From positions 1 to 37,331 of IMG/VR virus record IMGVR_UViG_2537561506_000022: a stretch of DNA of 37,331 nt; one strand, written 5' to 3'. Position 1 is the stretch's first letter. The number at the start of each line of letters is the position of its first letter. The DNA is from a virus. Its lineage: Duplodnaviria; Heunggongvirae; Uroviricota; Caudoviricetes. The notes under the pieces are model-generated. The model was not told where the DNA came from. It saw only the letters and a list, made by a program, of their open reading frames with translations, and made no database searches. Positions 26,192-34,180 of the stretch are shown piece by piece. The translations under genes and the position numbers were made by a program.

Positions 26192-26380
26192 TTATCCTCT
26201 TAGCGCCACAACGCGCACTTCTGGGTCAAAAGATGGTGCATTCTCATCTGTAACATCAGCAACATGACCTACAAAGTCGTTATACTCACCCTCTGATTGG
26301 TCATAGCCCTGCCAGACCACGACAGCCTCAGGAGGCATTTTTCTGAGCTTGCTGATTAACTGCCTAACCGTCAGCGACAT
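26192..26380 (-). CDS. Small hypothetical protein (62 aa)
   Basis: ATG at 26378..26380 (reverse) with AAGGAG 6 nt upstream; track ORF 26192..26503 overlaps the upstream gene and is probably over-extended. Confidence 0.45.
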   Translation of the reverse strand: MSLTVRQLISKLRKMPPEAVVVWQGYDQSEGEYNDFVGHVADVTDENAPSFDPEVRVVALRG

Positions 26381-26381
26381 C

Positions 26382-27050
26382 TCACTCTCCTTTGATGCGA
26401 ATGCCAGTAGCGCGGATAGATTTCCATTGTTTCCACATTCGGTTGAAGTCTGTGCCTGATAAGGTTGCGTTACGGTATCCAGTTTCGGTACGCAATCCTT
26501 CAAGCGTCGATTTGGAGATACAAATTGAATGCATTACCCATGATTCAAACAAATCACGCTCCCGGGCTTCGCAACTTTGCTTACTCATCTCTTCGATACG
26601 TTCAGCCATCGCAGCACACTCTTCAAAGTTGCTTAATGCTTTTCGCTCCCATTCGGCGCATTGTTTTCCAAGCTCTGCAATCAGCTTGTCTTTGCCTTCC
26701 AGCTCAACACGCAGTTTCCCTACCGTTAGCGCAATATCCTCGTTCTCCTGATCGCGGCGTTTGATGTATTGCTGGTTTCTTTCCAGTTCATCCAGTAATG
26801 CCAGCACAGTAGCCGGATTGGCTGCGGCGATGAATTCAGCATTGGCCTGCTGTTCCATTTGGAAATCTTCATCGAAACCGCTTTCTGGATGTGCTCCTTC
26901 AATTCTGCAAATGGGAAGATATCCAACAACTTCACGATGAATTAACGCATCATCACAATCAAATCGGCTCTCTCCATATTCGAGCGACCATACACCACAC
27001 GTTGCTTTTTCTGCCTTGGCACGCAGTGCCTGATAGTCAATCAGGCTCAC
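26382..27050 (-). CDS. Ead/Ea22-like protein
   Basis: GTG start with AAGGAGG 6 nt upstream, overlapping the upstream stop (GTGA); coiled-coil-rich; family call from memory. Confidence 0.55.
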   Translation of the reverse strand: MSLIDYQALRAKAEKATCGVWSLEYGESRFDCDDALIHREVVGYLPICRIEGAHPESGFDEDFQMEQQANAEFIAAANPATVLALLDELERNQQYIKRRDQENEDIALTVGKLRVELEGKDKLIAELGKQCAEWERKALSNFEECAAMAERIEEMSKQSCEARERDLFESWVMHSICISKSTLEGLRTETGYRNATLSGTDFNRMWKQWKSIRATGIRIKGE

Positions 27051-27712
27051 TGGTTGCCTCCTTTGCGAATCTGTTCCGCCCATTCTTCAAGGGATTTCTC
27101 CGCATATTCACCGGACAGGCCATCAATCGGGTGCTGTTCATTAGCCAACTCTTCTTTCGCTGACAGAATCATGCGCGTAACGTCGAAAACTTCACGTAAA
27201 GACTTATTGATAAATCCGTGGTTGAAAGCAGCAGCAAGACGGCTTGCGGTATAGTTAATCCCCTCGTTGCGAGCCGCCGCACGAATTTCAGCCAAGAAAG
27301 CATCGGTGGCTGGTGTTTCAACACGGATGCTGTCGCGCAAGATGAAAAATGCATCAAGCATTCCAGTCTCCGGCACTTCATCCTGATGCTTCTCATACGC
27401 ATCAAGAGCCTTCATCATCTCAGGTCCGAATGGTTGAGGGTGCGCAGCCTTCAGCCCAGCATTCTCCGCCGCCATCTCTGAAAACTTCTCGTGTGCCAAC
27501 TTAACAGCCGAATCAGCCTGCTTAATTGAATCAATCGCTTTCTGCTGGTCTTCGGCCAGCGCATTAGCACGCACCAGTTGCACTTCCAGTTGCGTTGCCA
27601 AATCGCTGATCAGCTTTGCCACACTGCGCATATCAACGGCACCACATTCTGCTTTCAGTTCAGAAGCCATCTCATGCCCGGCGGAAACTAACCCTTTGAT
27701 ATTACCGTCCAT
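27047..27712 (-). CDS. Hypothetical phage protein
   Basis: 221-aa ORF, charged and helical in character. Confidence 0.55.
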   Translation of the reverse strand: MDGNIKGLVSAGHEMASELKAECGAVDMRSVAKLISDLATQLEVQLVRANALAEDQQKAIDSIKQADSAVKLAHEKFSEMAAENAGLKAAHPQPFGPEMMKALDAYEKHQDEVPETGMLDAFFILRDSIRVETPATDAFLAEIRAAARNEGINYTASRLAAAFNHGFINKSLREVFDVTRMILSAKEELANEQHPIDGLSGEYAEKSLEEWAEQIRKGGNQ

Positions 27713-27773
27713 CTTTACCCTCGCTTATCCACATAACTTATTGATTACATTGATAACTAAAAAGATCGTCGAT

Positions 27774-28118
27774 TCAGAACTCTTCGATGTTCCAGCCACC
27801 ACCTGCTTTCTTTGGTTTAACCGTTACCCCGATGATTCGGAACGGATACTGATCTGCGGCGACTTTGGTTTTCACCCTGGCGTCGTCGGTCCAGAAACCT
27901 TTCACTTCGTGCAGTTCCATCTCTCCGGTGGCGAGCATCACAGCGAAATCGGGCGTATAAAACGTGTTGTCAGCCAGCCGCAGCTTGATACCCTCGAACC
28001 GATACCAGGCGACTTCCCCTGCACGTTTACGCTGCTCAAGGTGCTGGCAATACGCAGATTCTGTTTTGTTCATCTGGCCTGTTTTGAGTCGACCAAGAGC
28101 CTGTATCTGTTTTCTCAT
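27774..28118 (-). CDS. DUF1064-like protein (PD-(D/E)XK-like small nuclease fold)
   Basis: 114 aa with D...EVK motif; the RBS GAGGT is formed by palindrome site e. Confidence 0.55.
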   Translation of the reverse strand: MRKQIQALGRLKTGQMNKTESAYCQHLEQRKRAGEVAWYRFEGIKLRLADNTFYTPDFAVMLATGEMELHEVKGFWTDDARVKTKVAADQYPFRIIGVTVKPKKAGGGWNIEEF

Positions 28119-28121
28119 GAT

Positions 28122-28136
28122 TTACCTCTAAGGTAA
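28122..28136. promoter_or_regulatory. Palindrome site e TTACC-TCTAA-GGTAA, overlapping the RBS of ORF 27774..28118
   Basis: Perfect copy; followed by an AACCACATA block. Confidence 0.4.
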
Positions 28137-28183
28137 TTAAAAACCACATAAGACACGAAATCAATAGATCTAAGAATATTTTG

Positions 28184-28198
28184 TTACCTATTAGGTAA
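28184..28198. promoter_or_regulatory. Palindrome site f TTACC-TATTA-GGTAA
   Basis: Perfect copy 62 bp (centre to centre) from site e. Confidence 0.4.
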
Positions 28199-28235
28199 CT
28201 ATTGAGGCGTAAAAAAATGCGCTATCGCGCTGGTA

Positions 28236-29021
28236 TTACTTGATAAATCCTGCTGCCTTTCCCCGCCTGTATTCCTCCATGAGCCACTGCGCCGGTGTTA
28301 TTCCCCCAAGGGTGGCGGCGTTAGGCATGCACCCGAAACTTCGCCCTGGTGGATGGTAGACGTCTCTCCCTGTGTCCGGAGGTGTACTCATGGGCTCTGG
28401 CTTTGCCTGTATGCTGATCACCGGATCGGGTATCTGCTGTCCGGAAGCCACCTTTTTCGCCCAATCATCGAGCAGCCTGCGCGCGTGTTTCTCAACCTCA
28501 ATCTCGCTAAGCTGGCGCTGATACATTGCACGGCGGGTATCACATACGACCCAGTACATAACCGGATGCCGCCACGGGAATCTTTCGGGACCACCAGGAT
28601 ATAAACTTTTTTCCTTGCTGTACCGGTGAAACTCCGCCATCACATCGTCAATGGTGACGCCAAGAACCATCTTGCTGTCTTTACACCACTTGATGAATTG
28701 CCCTGGCGACGGCCAGAACGGAGATTCACTGGCGCGGGCGTGGCGCATACCAGCAGAAACCTGTTCACGGGTTCGGATCCCCCCTTCGGCAAACGCAGCA
28801 ATCCACTGCTGTTTTGCAGCAACTTCCTGCTCTGGCGTCTTCAGGTTGGTTACCACTGCCGCCGGAAACAGTTGTTTCAACTGTTTGAAAAGGGCATCAA
28901 CAAGCCTCTCTGCTGACATGTTCACCACGTTGTCATTGTTGGTGTACTGATGCTCATAACCTGACATGCGAGAAAGGGCTTCTCCGTCACGGTTTTGTAT
29001 TGCGGTAAAAACGTTGTTCAC
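28236..29021 (-). CDS. Replication protein P-like (helicase loader)
   Basis: GTG start with GGAGGA 6 nt upstream, overlapping the O-like stop (GTGA); contains the FWPSPGQFI motif; track ORF starts at 29036. Confidence 0.65.
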   Translation of the reverse strand: MNNVFTAIQNRDGEALSRMSGYEHQYTNNDNVVNMSAERLVDALFKQLKQLFPAAVVTNLKTPEQEVAAKQQWIAAFAEGGIRTREQVSAGMRHARASESPFWPSPGQFIKWCKDSKMVLGVTIDDVMAEFHRYSKEKSLYPGGPERFPWRHPVMYWVVCDTRRAMYQRQLSEIEVEKHARRLLDDWAKKVASGQQIPDPVISIQAKPEPMSTPPDTGRDVYHPPGRSFGCMPNAATLGGITPAQWLMEEYRRGKAAGFIK

Positions 29022-29833
29022 AAGAAATCCTCCCATGCTTCAGGGCTGTTCCAGTGCGGAACGTTGTTATCAGGTAATGTTGATTGCTTCTGTCTGCTAA
29101 TCTGCAGCCTCCTTGACAGCTTCTGCTCCCACTGTGCCTGATGGTATGCCTTACCCTCAGCCATCCAGTAAATTCTGAACTCTGCAAGTTCCTGTGCCGT
29201 TGGCAGACTGTCCAGGTAGATCCCCTGCAATGAGCTTTTCCGAAGAAAGTCATCTGATGGTTTCCATTGTTCATGCATTACAAATTTGCCTAATTGCCCT
29301 AGCCCACCAGGAGGAACAAAGTTATTCATCACGGCGTTGTTTGCGCCGGGGTCATGAGGCACAGAATCCCCGGTTTTTGTCCTGCTCTCCCTCTCTTGGT
29401 TAAATGACTGGTTATATGACTGGTTCTGGATCCCGTTTTTGGGATCATTCAACATCCCGTTTTTGGGATCATTCAACATCCCGTTTTTGGGTATATTCCC
29501 GTTTTCGGGTATATTCCCGTTTTCGGGTTCATTCCCCCCTTCCCGGTTGCCTTTAATGTTCCCGTTTTTGGTTATATTAAGAGAGAAAACCCGCACTCTT
29601 TTCGTCGCTCCCTTTCTCTCTCCGGTATCTGAAATAAGCCCCATTTTCATGAGCGATATAAGCCCGGCCTGCACGGTTTTTTTATTCAGGCAAGTGTCTT
29701 TAACGAGTCGTTCTATGCTGGGGTAGCAGAGGTTATATTCATCGGCTCTGTCAGCCATCGAGAGCAGTATGAGCTTTAATGATGAGCTGCCTGGATCTGT
29801 CTCCCAGGCCCAATCTGTTGCATGTCTGCTCAT
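29018..29833 (-). CDS. Replication initiator (lambda O-like) with internal peptide repeats
   Basis: 271 aa; central ENGNIPENGNIPKNGMLNDPKNGMLNDPKNG repeats are encoded by the DNA iterons; immediately followed by the P-like gene. Confidence 0.65.
   Translation of the reverse strand: MSRHATDWAWETDPGSSSLKLILLSMADRADEYNLCYPSIERLVKDTCLNKKTVQAGLISLMKMGLISDTGERKGATKRVRVFSLNITKNGNIKGNREGGNEPENGNIPENGNIPKNGMLNDPKNGMLNDPKNGIQNQSYNQSFNQERESRTKTGDSVPHDPGANNAVMNNFVPPGGLGQLGKFVMHEQWKPSDDFLRKSSLQGIYLDSLPTAQELAEFRIYWMAEGKAYHQAQWEQKLSRRLQISRQKQSTLPDNNVPHWNSPEAWEDFL
29431..29577. repeat. Iterons (candidate replication origin) inside the O-like gene
   Basis: Tandem units: two of 24 bp (tcccgtttttgggatcattcaaca), three of 18 bp (tcccgttttYgggtWYat), and two more degenerate copies. 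Confidence 0.65.
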
Positions 29834-29848
29834 GATTAATCTCCGCTA

Positions 29849-30049
29849 TCAGCTTGAATGTTGTGGGGTGGAATTAATCATGATCTGCTTAATCTCTGCC
29901 CTGATGCGACGGTTTGATTCCATGGTGCACTCAACACAGTGTCCGTTGTAAACCCAGCGTTCACTGTCATGTCCGTGCTTACATGGTTTTCCGGTGTAGT
30001 AGCGTTTAAGTCCGCGCTTTGCGGCATCAATACGTGTAATGATTTCCAT
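29849..30049 (-). CDS. Small zinc-binding protein (C-x-H...H-C-x2-C)
   Basis: Likely starts MEIITRIDAAKRG (track ORF 29849..30112 has a hydrophobic, implausible extension); sits at the lambda cII-equivalent position. Confidence 0.4.
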   Translation of the reverse strand: MEIITRIDAAKRGLKRYYTGKPCKHGHDSERWVYNGHCVECTMESNRRIRAEIKQIMINSTPQHSS

Positions 30050-30110
30050 GGTAAGCCCTGTTATTAGTATTGGGATTACGGTTATTTTGTGCTGACACAA
30101 AAAAAAGATC

Positions 30111-30128
30111 AACCAAATTTGGTTTTTT
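30111..30128. terminator. Bidirectional hairpin AACCAAA/TTTGGTT flanked by A8 and T6 runs
   Basis: 14-bp perfect palindrome at 30111..30124 with poly-A before and poly-T after; lies just after the Cro-like gene in its reading direction (tR1-like position). Confidence 0.45.
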
Positions 30129-30129
30129 A

Positions 30130-30144
30130 TTACCTTTGAGGTGA
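30130..30144. promoter_or_regulatory. Palindrome site g TTACC-TTTGA-GGTGA
   Basis: Family member immediately beside the bidirectional hairpin. Confidence 0.35.
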
Positions 30145-30199
30145 GAATAGATATGAAAAGACCGCCGGATGACGGTCTACAGAGGGTTGTGGCTGGATA

Positions 30200-30430
30200 T
30201 CATGAGTAGAAGAAGTATGCCAGTTCTGCTTTTGAGCGCAGCCATTGTCTTGTTTTACAGGCTTTAAAAAGCCCATTCATCAATACCTTACCTGGCATTT
30301 TGCGCTTACCTGTTAAGTGAGTCTGGATATAGTGACTCGTCGTTCCGGCTTCCTGTGCGAAGGCTTCACGCTCATCCGGAGTAAGTGCAAGCCAGTGCTT
30401 TTTGAAATCGAAATGTCCGTTATCGCTCAT
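30200..30430 (-). CDS. Cro-like / YdaS-like small HTH protein
   Basis: 76 aa, divergent from the repressor gene across an operator-rich 154-bp region; HTH-like EAGTTSHYIQTHLTGKRKMP. Confidence 0.5.
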   Translation of the reverse strand: MSDNGHFDFKKHWLALTPDEREAFAQEAGTTSHYIQTHLTGKRKMPGKVLMNGLFKACKTRQWLRSKAELAYFFYS

Positions 30431-30466
30431 AGCTATTGCCTGATATTTATTTCAGATAATAAATAT

Positions 30467-30529
30467 TCACCCATAAGGTAACAAAAATCAAGGATAGTTA
30501 CCTATGGGGTGCATTTACCTGTTGGGTAA
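30467..30529. promoter_or_regulatory. Three operators in the cro/repressor divergent region (h TCACC-CATAA-GGTAA; i TTACC-TATGG-GGTGC; j TTACC-TGTTG-GGTAA)
   Basis: Three 15-bp palindrome-family sites at 30467..30481, 30498..30512 and 30515..30529; a separate 9-bp AT-rich inverted repeat lies at 30443..30466. Confidence 0.5.
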
Positions 30530-30584
30530 TATTGCTTTAAATTGAATCATCTACTGATTCATATATGAGGCGATTTTCCAGAAA

Positions 30585-31169
30585 ATGAAAAGTATCCAGG
30601 ACGTCCGCAGGCAAAATCTCAACGACTTGATCGACCGTGAATTCAATGGTGTTCAGACGCGGATGGCAGAAAAACTTGGAACTCAGGCAAATCTGGTAAA
30701 CCGCTGGGCTCTTGGCAAGAAGGTTATCGGCGACCAGGTTGCGCGAAAAATTGAAGCTGCCGCCAATAAACCCCGTAACTGGCTTGATATCGATCGCTCG
30801 CTTTCTCAGGAAGGTTTTCAGCCTGTCGGCCCAAGCGACATTGGTCAGCTGGCGGCTCACAACCTGGAACGCTGGATGAGCGAAAGCCGCGACCTTTCAA
30901 CACAGGGAAAACTTCACCGCGCATCCGGCGTCGCCCAGGTGACAATCAGCCGCCTGTTAAACAATGAGGTCAGCGTTTCCATTTCCACCCTGGAGAATGT
31001 TGCATCTGCATTCGGGCGTCACGGATATGAACTACTGATTCACCCGCACGACCCTGCAACTATCAACTATGACCGCTCGCGCTACGCATTATTACCTGAA
31101 ACCGAGAAAGCAAAGATCGAAAGTTACATTGAATTTGTCATCAACCAGAACGAAAAAAACAAACAATAA
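30585..31169 (+). CDS. Prophage repressor candidate: two XRE-type HTH domains, no S24 peptidase domain
   Basis: 194 aa; HTH-like segments QTRMAEKLGTQANLVNRW and SGVAQVTISRLLNNEVSVS; divergent from the Cro-like gene; followed by a strong terminator. Confidence 0.6.
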   Translation: MKSIQDVRRQNLNDLIDREFNGVQTRMAEKLGTQANLVNRWALGKKVIGDQVARKIEAAANKPRNWLDIDRSLSQEGFQPVGPSDIGQLAAHNLERWMSESRDLSTQGKLHRASGVAQVTISRLLNNEVSVSISTLENVASAFGRHGYELLIHPHDPATINYDRSRYALLPETEKAKIESYIEFVINQNEKNKQ

Positions 31170-31191
31170 AATCATATTTTTCAGTAAGTAA

Positions 31192-31216
31192 GCCGCCAAA
31201 TGGCGGCTTTTTTATT
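31192..31216 (+). terminator. Intrinsic terminator after the repressor gene
   Basis: GCCGCC-AAAT-GGCGGC followed by TTTTTTATT. Confidence 0.7.
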
Positions 31217-31226
31217 GTCTTTTTAA

Positions 31227-31303
31227 TTACCTTACAGGTAATTTTTTTAACTCATATCTATTGACATCAAACCAAATACGCATAATTATTACCTCAACGG
31301 TAA
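31227..31303 (+). promoter_or_regulatory. PL-like early promoter region: operators k (TTACC-TTACA-GGTAA) and l (TTACC-TCAAC-GGTAA) flanking a TTGACA -35 hexamer
   Basis: Sites at 31227..31241 and 31289..31303; TTGACA at 31261..31266 with an AT-rich -10-like hexamer about 17 nt downstream; the early operon starts right after. Confidence 0.5.
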
Positions 31304-31322
31304 CAAGCCGAGGTAACAAGTT

Positions 31323-31475
31323 ATGCAGTGGAAAATCATCAACGGTTGGTACTGCGTTACTGCATGCGGATTCATGAGCTGGAAGTTCCGCACCTTACAG
31401 GAAGGCATTAAGTGGGCTTTCGTCAGCAAAGAAGCTCGCGATGTGGCCAACGATAACGAGATATGGGAGGGCTGA
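31323..31475 (+). CDS. Small Trp-rich protein (50 aa), first gene of the rightward early operon
   Basis: ATG with GAGGT about 9 nt upstream; stop 2 nt before the next ATG; below the ORF-track size cut-off. Confidence 0.35.
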   Translation: MQWKIINGWYCVTACGFMSWKFRTLQEGIKWAFVSKEARDVANDNEIWEG

Positions 31476-31477
31476 TA

Positions 31478-31777
31478 ATGAACGTTAATCAGCAGAAAAA
31501 TCTTCAAAAAATCATGCTGGCATTCGACAAGGACTACCGCCTGTCAGAACAGCTATATGACCGACAAGTTGAACTGATTGAGAGCATCCGACTTCATCAA
31601 CTGTCCTCAACTTTCGACGTTGTAACAGGCAAAGGCGTTCGTCAGGAAGTACTGGAGGCTGCTAAAGACAGCCCTGAGTTCGAAGAACTGATGGATGCCT
31701 ATCGGCGAGAGGCAATGGCAATTATCGCCCGCTGGGATCTGGCGGATCAGCTTGATGGACAGAGGGACGCGGCATGA
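31478..31777 (+). CDS. Hypothetical early protein (99 aa)
   Basis: ATG with GGGAGGG 6 nt upstream (track ORF starts 31463); stop overlaps the exonuclease start (ATGA). Confidence 0.5.
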   Translation: MNVNQQKNLQKIMLAFDKDYRLSEQLYDRQVELIESIRLHQLSSTFDVVTGKGVRQEVLEAAKDSPEFEELMDAYRREAMAIIARWDLADQLDGQRDAA

Positions 31778-32595
31778 AACCGGGAATTTATTTCGACATC
31801 AGCAACGAAGACTACCACGCCGGTGACGGAGTGAGTAAGTCGCAACTAGACATGGTTGCCAAGAATCCGGCGCTTCTTAAATGGGTTCAGGCAGCACCAG
31901 AAGACGAAGAGAAAAAGTCTGCACTGGATATGGGAACCGCATTGCACTGTCTGCTTCTGGAGCCTGGAGAGTTCGACAAACGCTTCATTGTTTCACCGAA
32001 ATTCGATCGTCGGACGAAACAAGGTAAAGCTGACGAAGAGGCATTTCTTCGTGATGTGGCGGATATGGGGATTACGGTACTTGATGCCGAGCAGTGGCGG
32101 AAACTGGAGCTGATGCGTGATAGCGCAATGGCTCACCCGGCGGCACGCTGGATGCTGGAAGCACCTGGTTACTGCGAAGCATCAATGTACTGGAACGATG
32201 AAGATACTGGTGAGTTGTGCCGCATTCGTCCAGACAAATGGCTGAACGAGCACAACGTGATCGTCGACGTGAAAAAGGTTGCAGATATGGACCGTTTTGC
32301 ACGCCACATCGAGGAATTCCGCTACCACGTGCAGGACGCAATGTACCGCGAAGGCGCAATGAGGGTTACTGGTCAGCCGCATGGTTTTTTCTTTCTTGCC
32401 GTGAGCGAAAGCATTGATTGTGGTCGATATCCGGTACGCGTGTTCGAGCTGGATGCGACGGATGTCGATGCCGGGCACGCTCTGTTCCGCCGGGATCTGA
32501 ATACCTATCACGAATGCCGCATCAACGATGAGTGGGGCGGAGTGGAAATTATTAAACGCCCTGACTGGGCACGTAAACAGGATATGTACGTATGA
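31774..32595 (+). CDS. PD-(D/E)XK-family exonuclease (RecE/YqaJ-like), partner of the annealing protein
   Basis: 273 aa; D...DVKK nuclease motif (VIVDVKKVAD); translationally coupled to the downstream RecT-like gene. Confidence 0.6.
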   Translation: MKPGIYFDISNEDYHAGDGVSKSQLDMVAKNPALLKWVQAAPEDEEKKSALDMGTALHCLLLEPGEFDKRFIVSPKFDRRTKQGKADEEAFLRDVADMGITVLDAEQWRKLELMRDSAMAHPAARWMLEAPGYCEASMYWNDEDTGELCRIRPDKWLNEHNVIVDVKKVADMDRFARHIEEFRYHVQDAMYREGAMRVTGQPHGFFFLAVSESIDCGRYPVRVFELDATDVDAGHALFRRDLNTYHECRINDEWGGVEIIKRPDWARKQDMYV

Positions 32596-33473
32596 GCAAC
32601 GACATCGCAATCACATCGCAGCCCGGCGCCACTGTAGGAACCGCCGCTGCAATCTTCAGCCCGGAGGGCATGAATCAACTGGTGCGCTTCGCTGATCTGA
32701 TGGCACAGAGCAAAGCCACCGTTCCGGCACACCTGGCTGGCAAGCCGGCAGACTGCCTGGCCGTGACCATGCAGGCGGCACAGTGGGGAATGAACCCTTT
32801 CGCCGTGGCGCAGAAAACGCATGTGGTAAACGGAACGTTAGGCTACGAAGCACAGTTGGTAAACGCGGTCGTATCCTCTTCCAGCCTGCTAGCGACACGC
32901 CTGAATTATCGCTGGAGCGGTGACTGGTCGAATGTTAACGGCAAAACAGATAAATCACCGAATCTGACGGTAACTGTGTCAGCAGTTCTTAAAGGAGAAG
33001 CAGAACCCCGTGAGCTTACCATCAGTATGGCGCAAGCCGGAGTGCGTAACTCTCCATTGTGGGAACAGGATCCGCGCCAGCAGCTTGCCTATCTTTGCAC
33101 GAAACGATGGGCTCGCCTGCACGCTCCTGATGTACTTCTCGGTGTTTACACCCCTGACGAATTACAGGAAACGGCACCGCGCGTTGAGCGAGACATTACT
33201 CCGCAAACGACCACTGCTGCGGGAATGAACAGTCTGATCAACGCTAAACCAGCGAAAAAGCCTGATGAGCAAACGCGTAAAGCGGATAGCCGTGATCCAG
33301 AAGAAATGCTGATGGCCTTTACCAGCGCAGCGATGAATTACAGCACTGTCTCCGAACTGGATAAGGCTTACAAATACATTGCACAAAAACTTTCAGATGA
33401 TGACGAACTGCTGGCAAAAGCCACCGACGTTTACAGCGTTCGTCGGGAAGAATTAAACGAAACATCTATGTAA
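32592..33473 (+). CDS. RecT/Red-beta-family single-strand annealing protein
   Basis: 293 aa; WEQDPRQQLAYLCTKRWARL and ERDITP segments resemble lambda Bet (WQSHPKRMLRHKAMIQCARL, ERDITP). Confidence 0.65.
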   Translation: MSNDIAITSQPGATVGTAAAIFSPEGMNQLVRFADLMAQSKATVPAHLAGKPADCLAVTMQAAQWGMNPFAVAQKTHVVNGTLGYEAQLVNAVVSSSSLLATRLNYRWSGDWSNVNGKTDKSPNLTVTVSAVLKGEAEPRELTISMAQAGVRNSPLWEQDPRQQLAYLCTKRWARLHAPDVLLGVYTPDELQETAPRVERDITPQTTTAAGMNSLINAKPAKKPDEQTRKADSRDPEEMLMAFTSAAMNYSTVSELDKAYKYIAQKLSDDDELLAKATDVYSVRREELNETSM

Positions 33474-33522
33474 CCACCACCGCGGCGCCACGCGCGCCGC
33501 ACTGCAACCAAGAGAGGTATTT

Positions 33523-33771
33523 ATGAAAGGTGCATTAGGTAAGAAGGAACTCCTGGCGGTGGTGCCACTGTCATGGAGCACTATCGACCGTATGGAGCGC
33601 GCAGGGGAATTTCCTAAACGCTGGTATATCACCGATAAACGCTGCGCATGGAACCGTGATGAAGTTGAGCGTTGGCTTGATGAACGTCAGGCAGCAAGCC
33701 CGGCAGAGTTCCAGGGTAAAAAACCTCCTGTTCAGCAACGTGTATATCGTCCCGTGAGCAACGCGGCATGA
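33523..33771 (+). CDS. AlpA-family regulator / excisionase-like protein
   Basis: 82 aa; LAVVPLSWSTIDRMERAGEFPKRWYITDKRCAWNRDEVERWLDER matches the AlpA-type HTH pattern. Confidence 0.65.
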   Translation: MKGALGKKELLAVVPLSWSTIDRMERAGEFPKRWYITDKRCAWNRDEVERWLDERQAASPAEFQGKKPPVQQRVYRPVSNAA

Positions 33772-33880
33772 GTGTGCTGCTAAGGCACTGGAGCAAATGG
33801 TCAGGATGGTACTTATTCCTGGCCTCTGTTTCTGCATGGCTTTATCTGCTGGCATTAATTTTCAGAGATGGTTGGATTAA

Positions 33881-34180
33881 GTGAGAAAGTTAAGCCGACT
33901 TGAAAAATATCACATGAACAAGGTTTCAATGCGCAGCCCTTCAAAGGTTGTTGCCGTTACTCCTGCGGCGATAGAGATCGAAAAACGCGCGATTGAAAGA
34001 GAGAAAAAAGGGCAGTTCCGCATTGCCGCCCACCTTTGGCTTCAGTGTATGGATGTTGCTTCTGGTGATGTTGAGCGTGCAAGGATCGCGGTTCGCAGGG
34101 ACCAATGTATCACAAAAGGTAACGGCCTTCGCCGTGGCGACTATAGCGGCATAGGATGTTGCGGGGTGGTTTATGACTAA
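33881..34180 (+). CDS. PerC-family-like transcriptional regulator (tentative)
   Basis: Start uncertain (GTG 33881, ATG 33914 or 33929); LWLQCMDVASGDVERARIAVRRDQC resembles the PerC pattern; stop overlaps the methyltransferase start. Confidence 0.4.
   Translation: MRKLSRLEKYHMNKVSMRSPSKVVAVTPAAIEIEKRAIEREKKGQFRIAAHLWLQCMDVASGDVERARIAVRRDQCITKGNGLRRGDYSGIGCCGVVYD

Noticed and set aside
1205-28150. AACCACATA blocks as DnaA boxes
   Set aside because: Only partial resemblance to TTATCCACA; they recur within the palindrome-containing promoter module, so are treated as part of that element.
29431-29577. Possible CRISPR array (short tandem repeats)
   Set aside because: Repeats are contiguous without unique spacers, lie inside a coding gene and encode peptide repeats; these are replication iterons.
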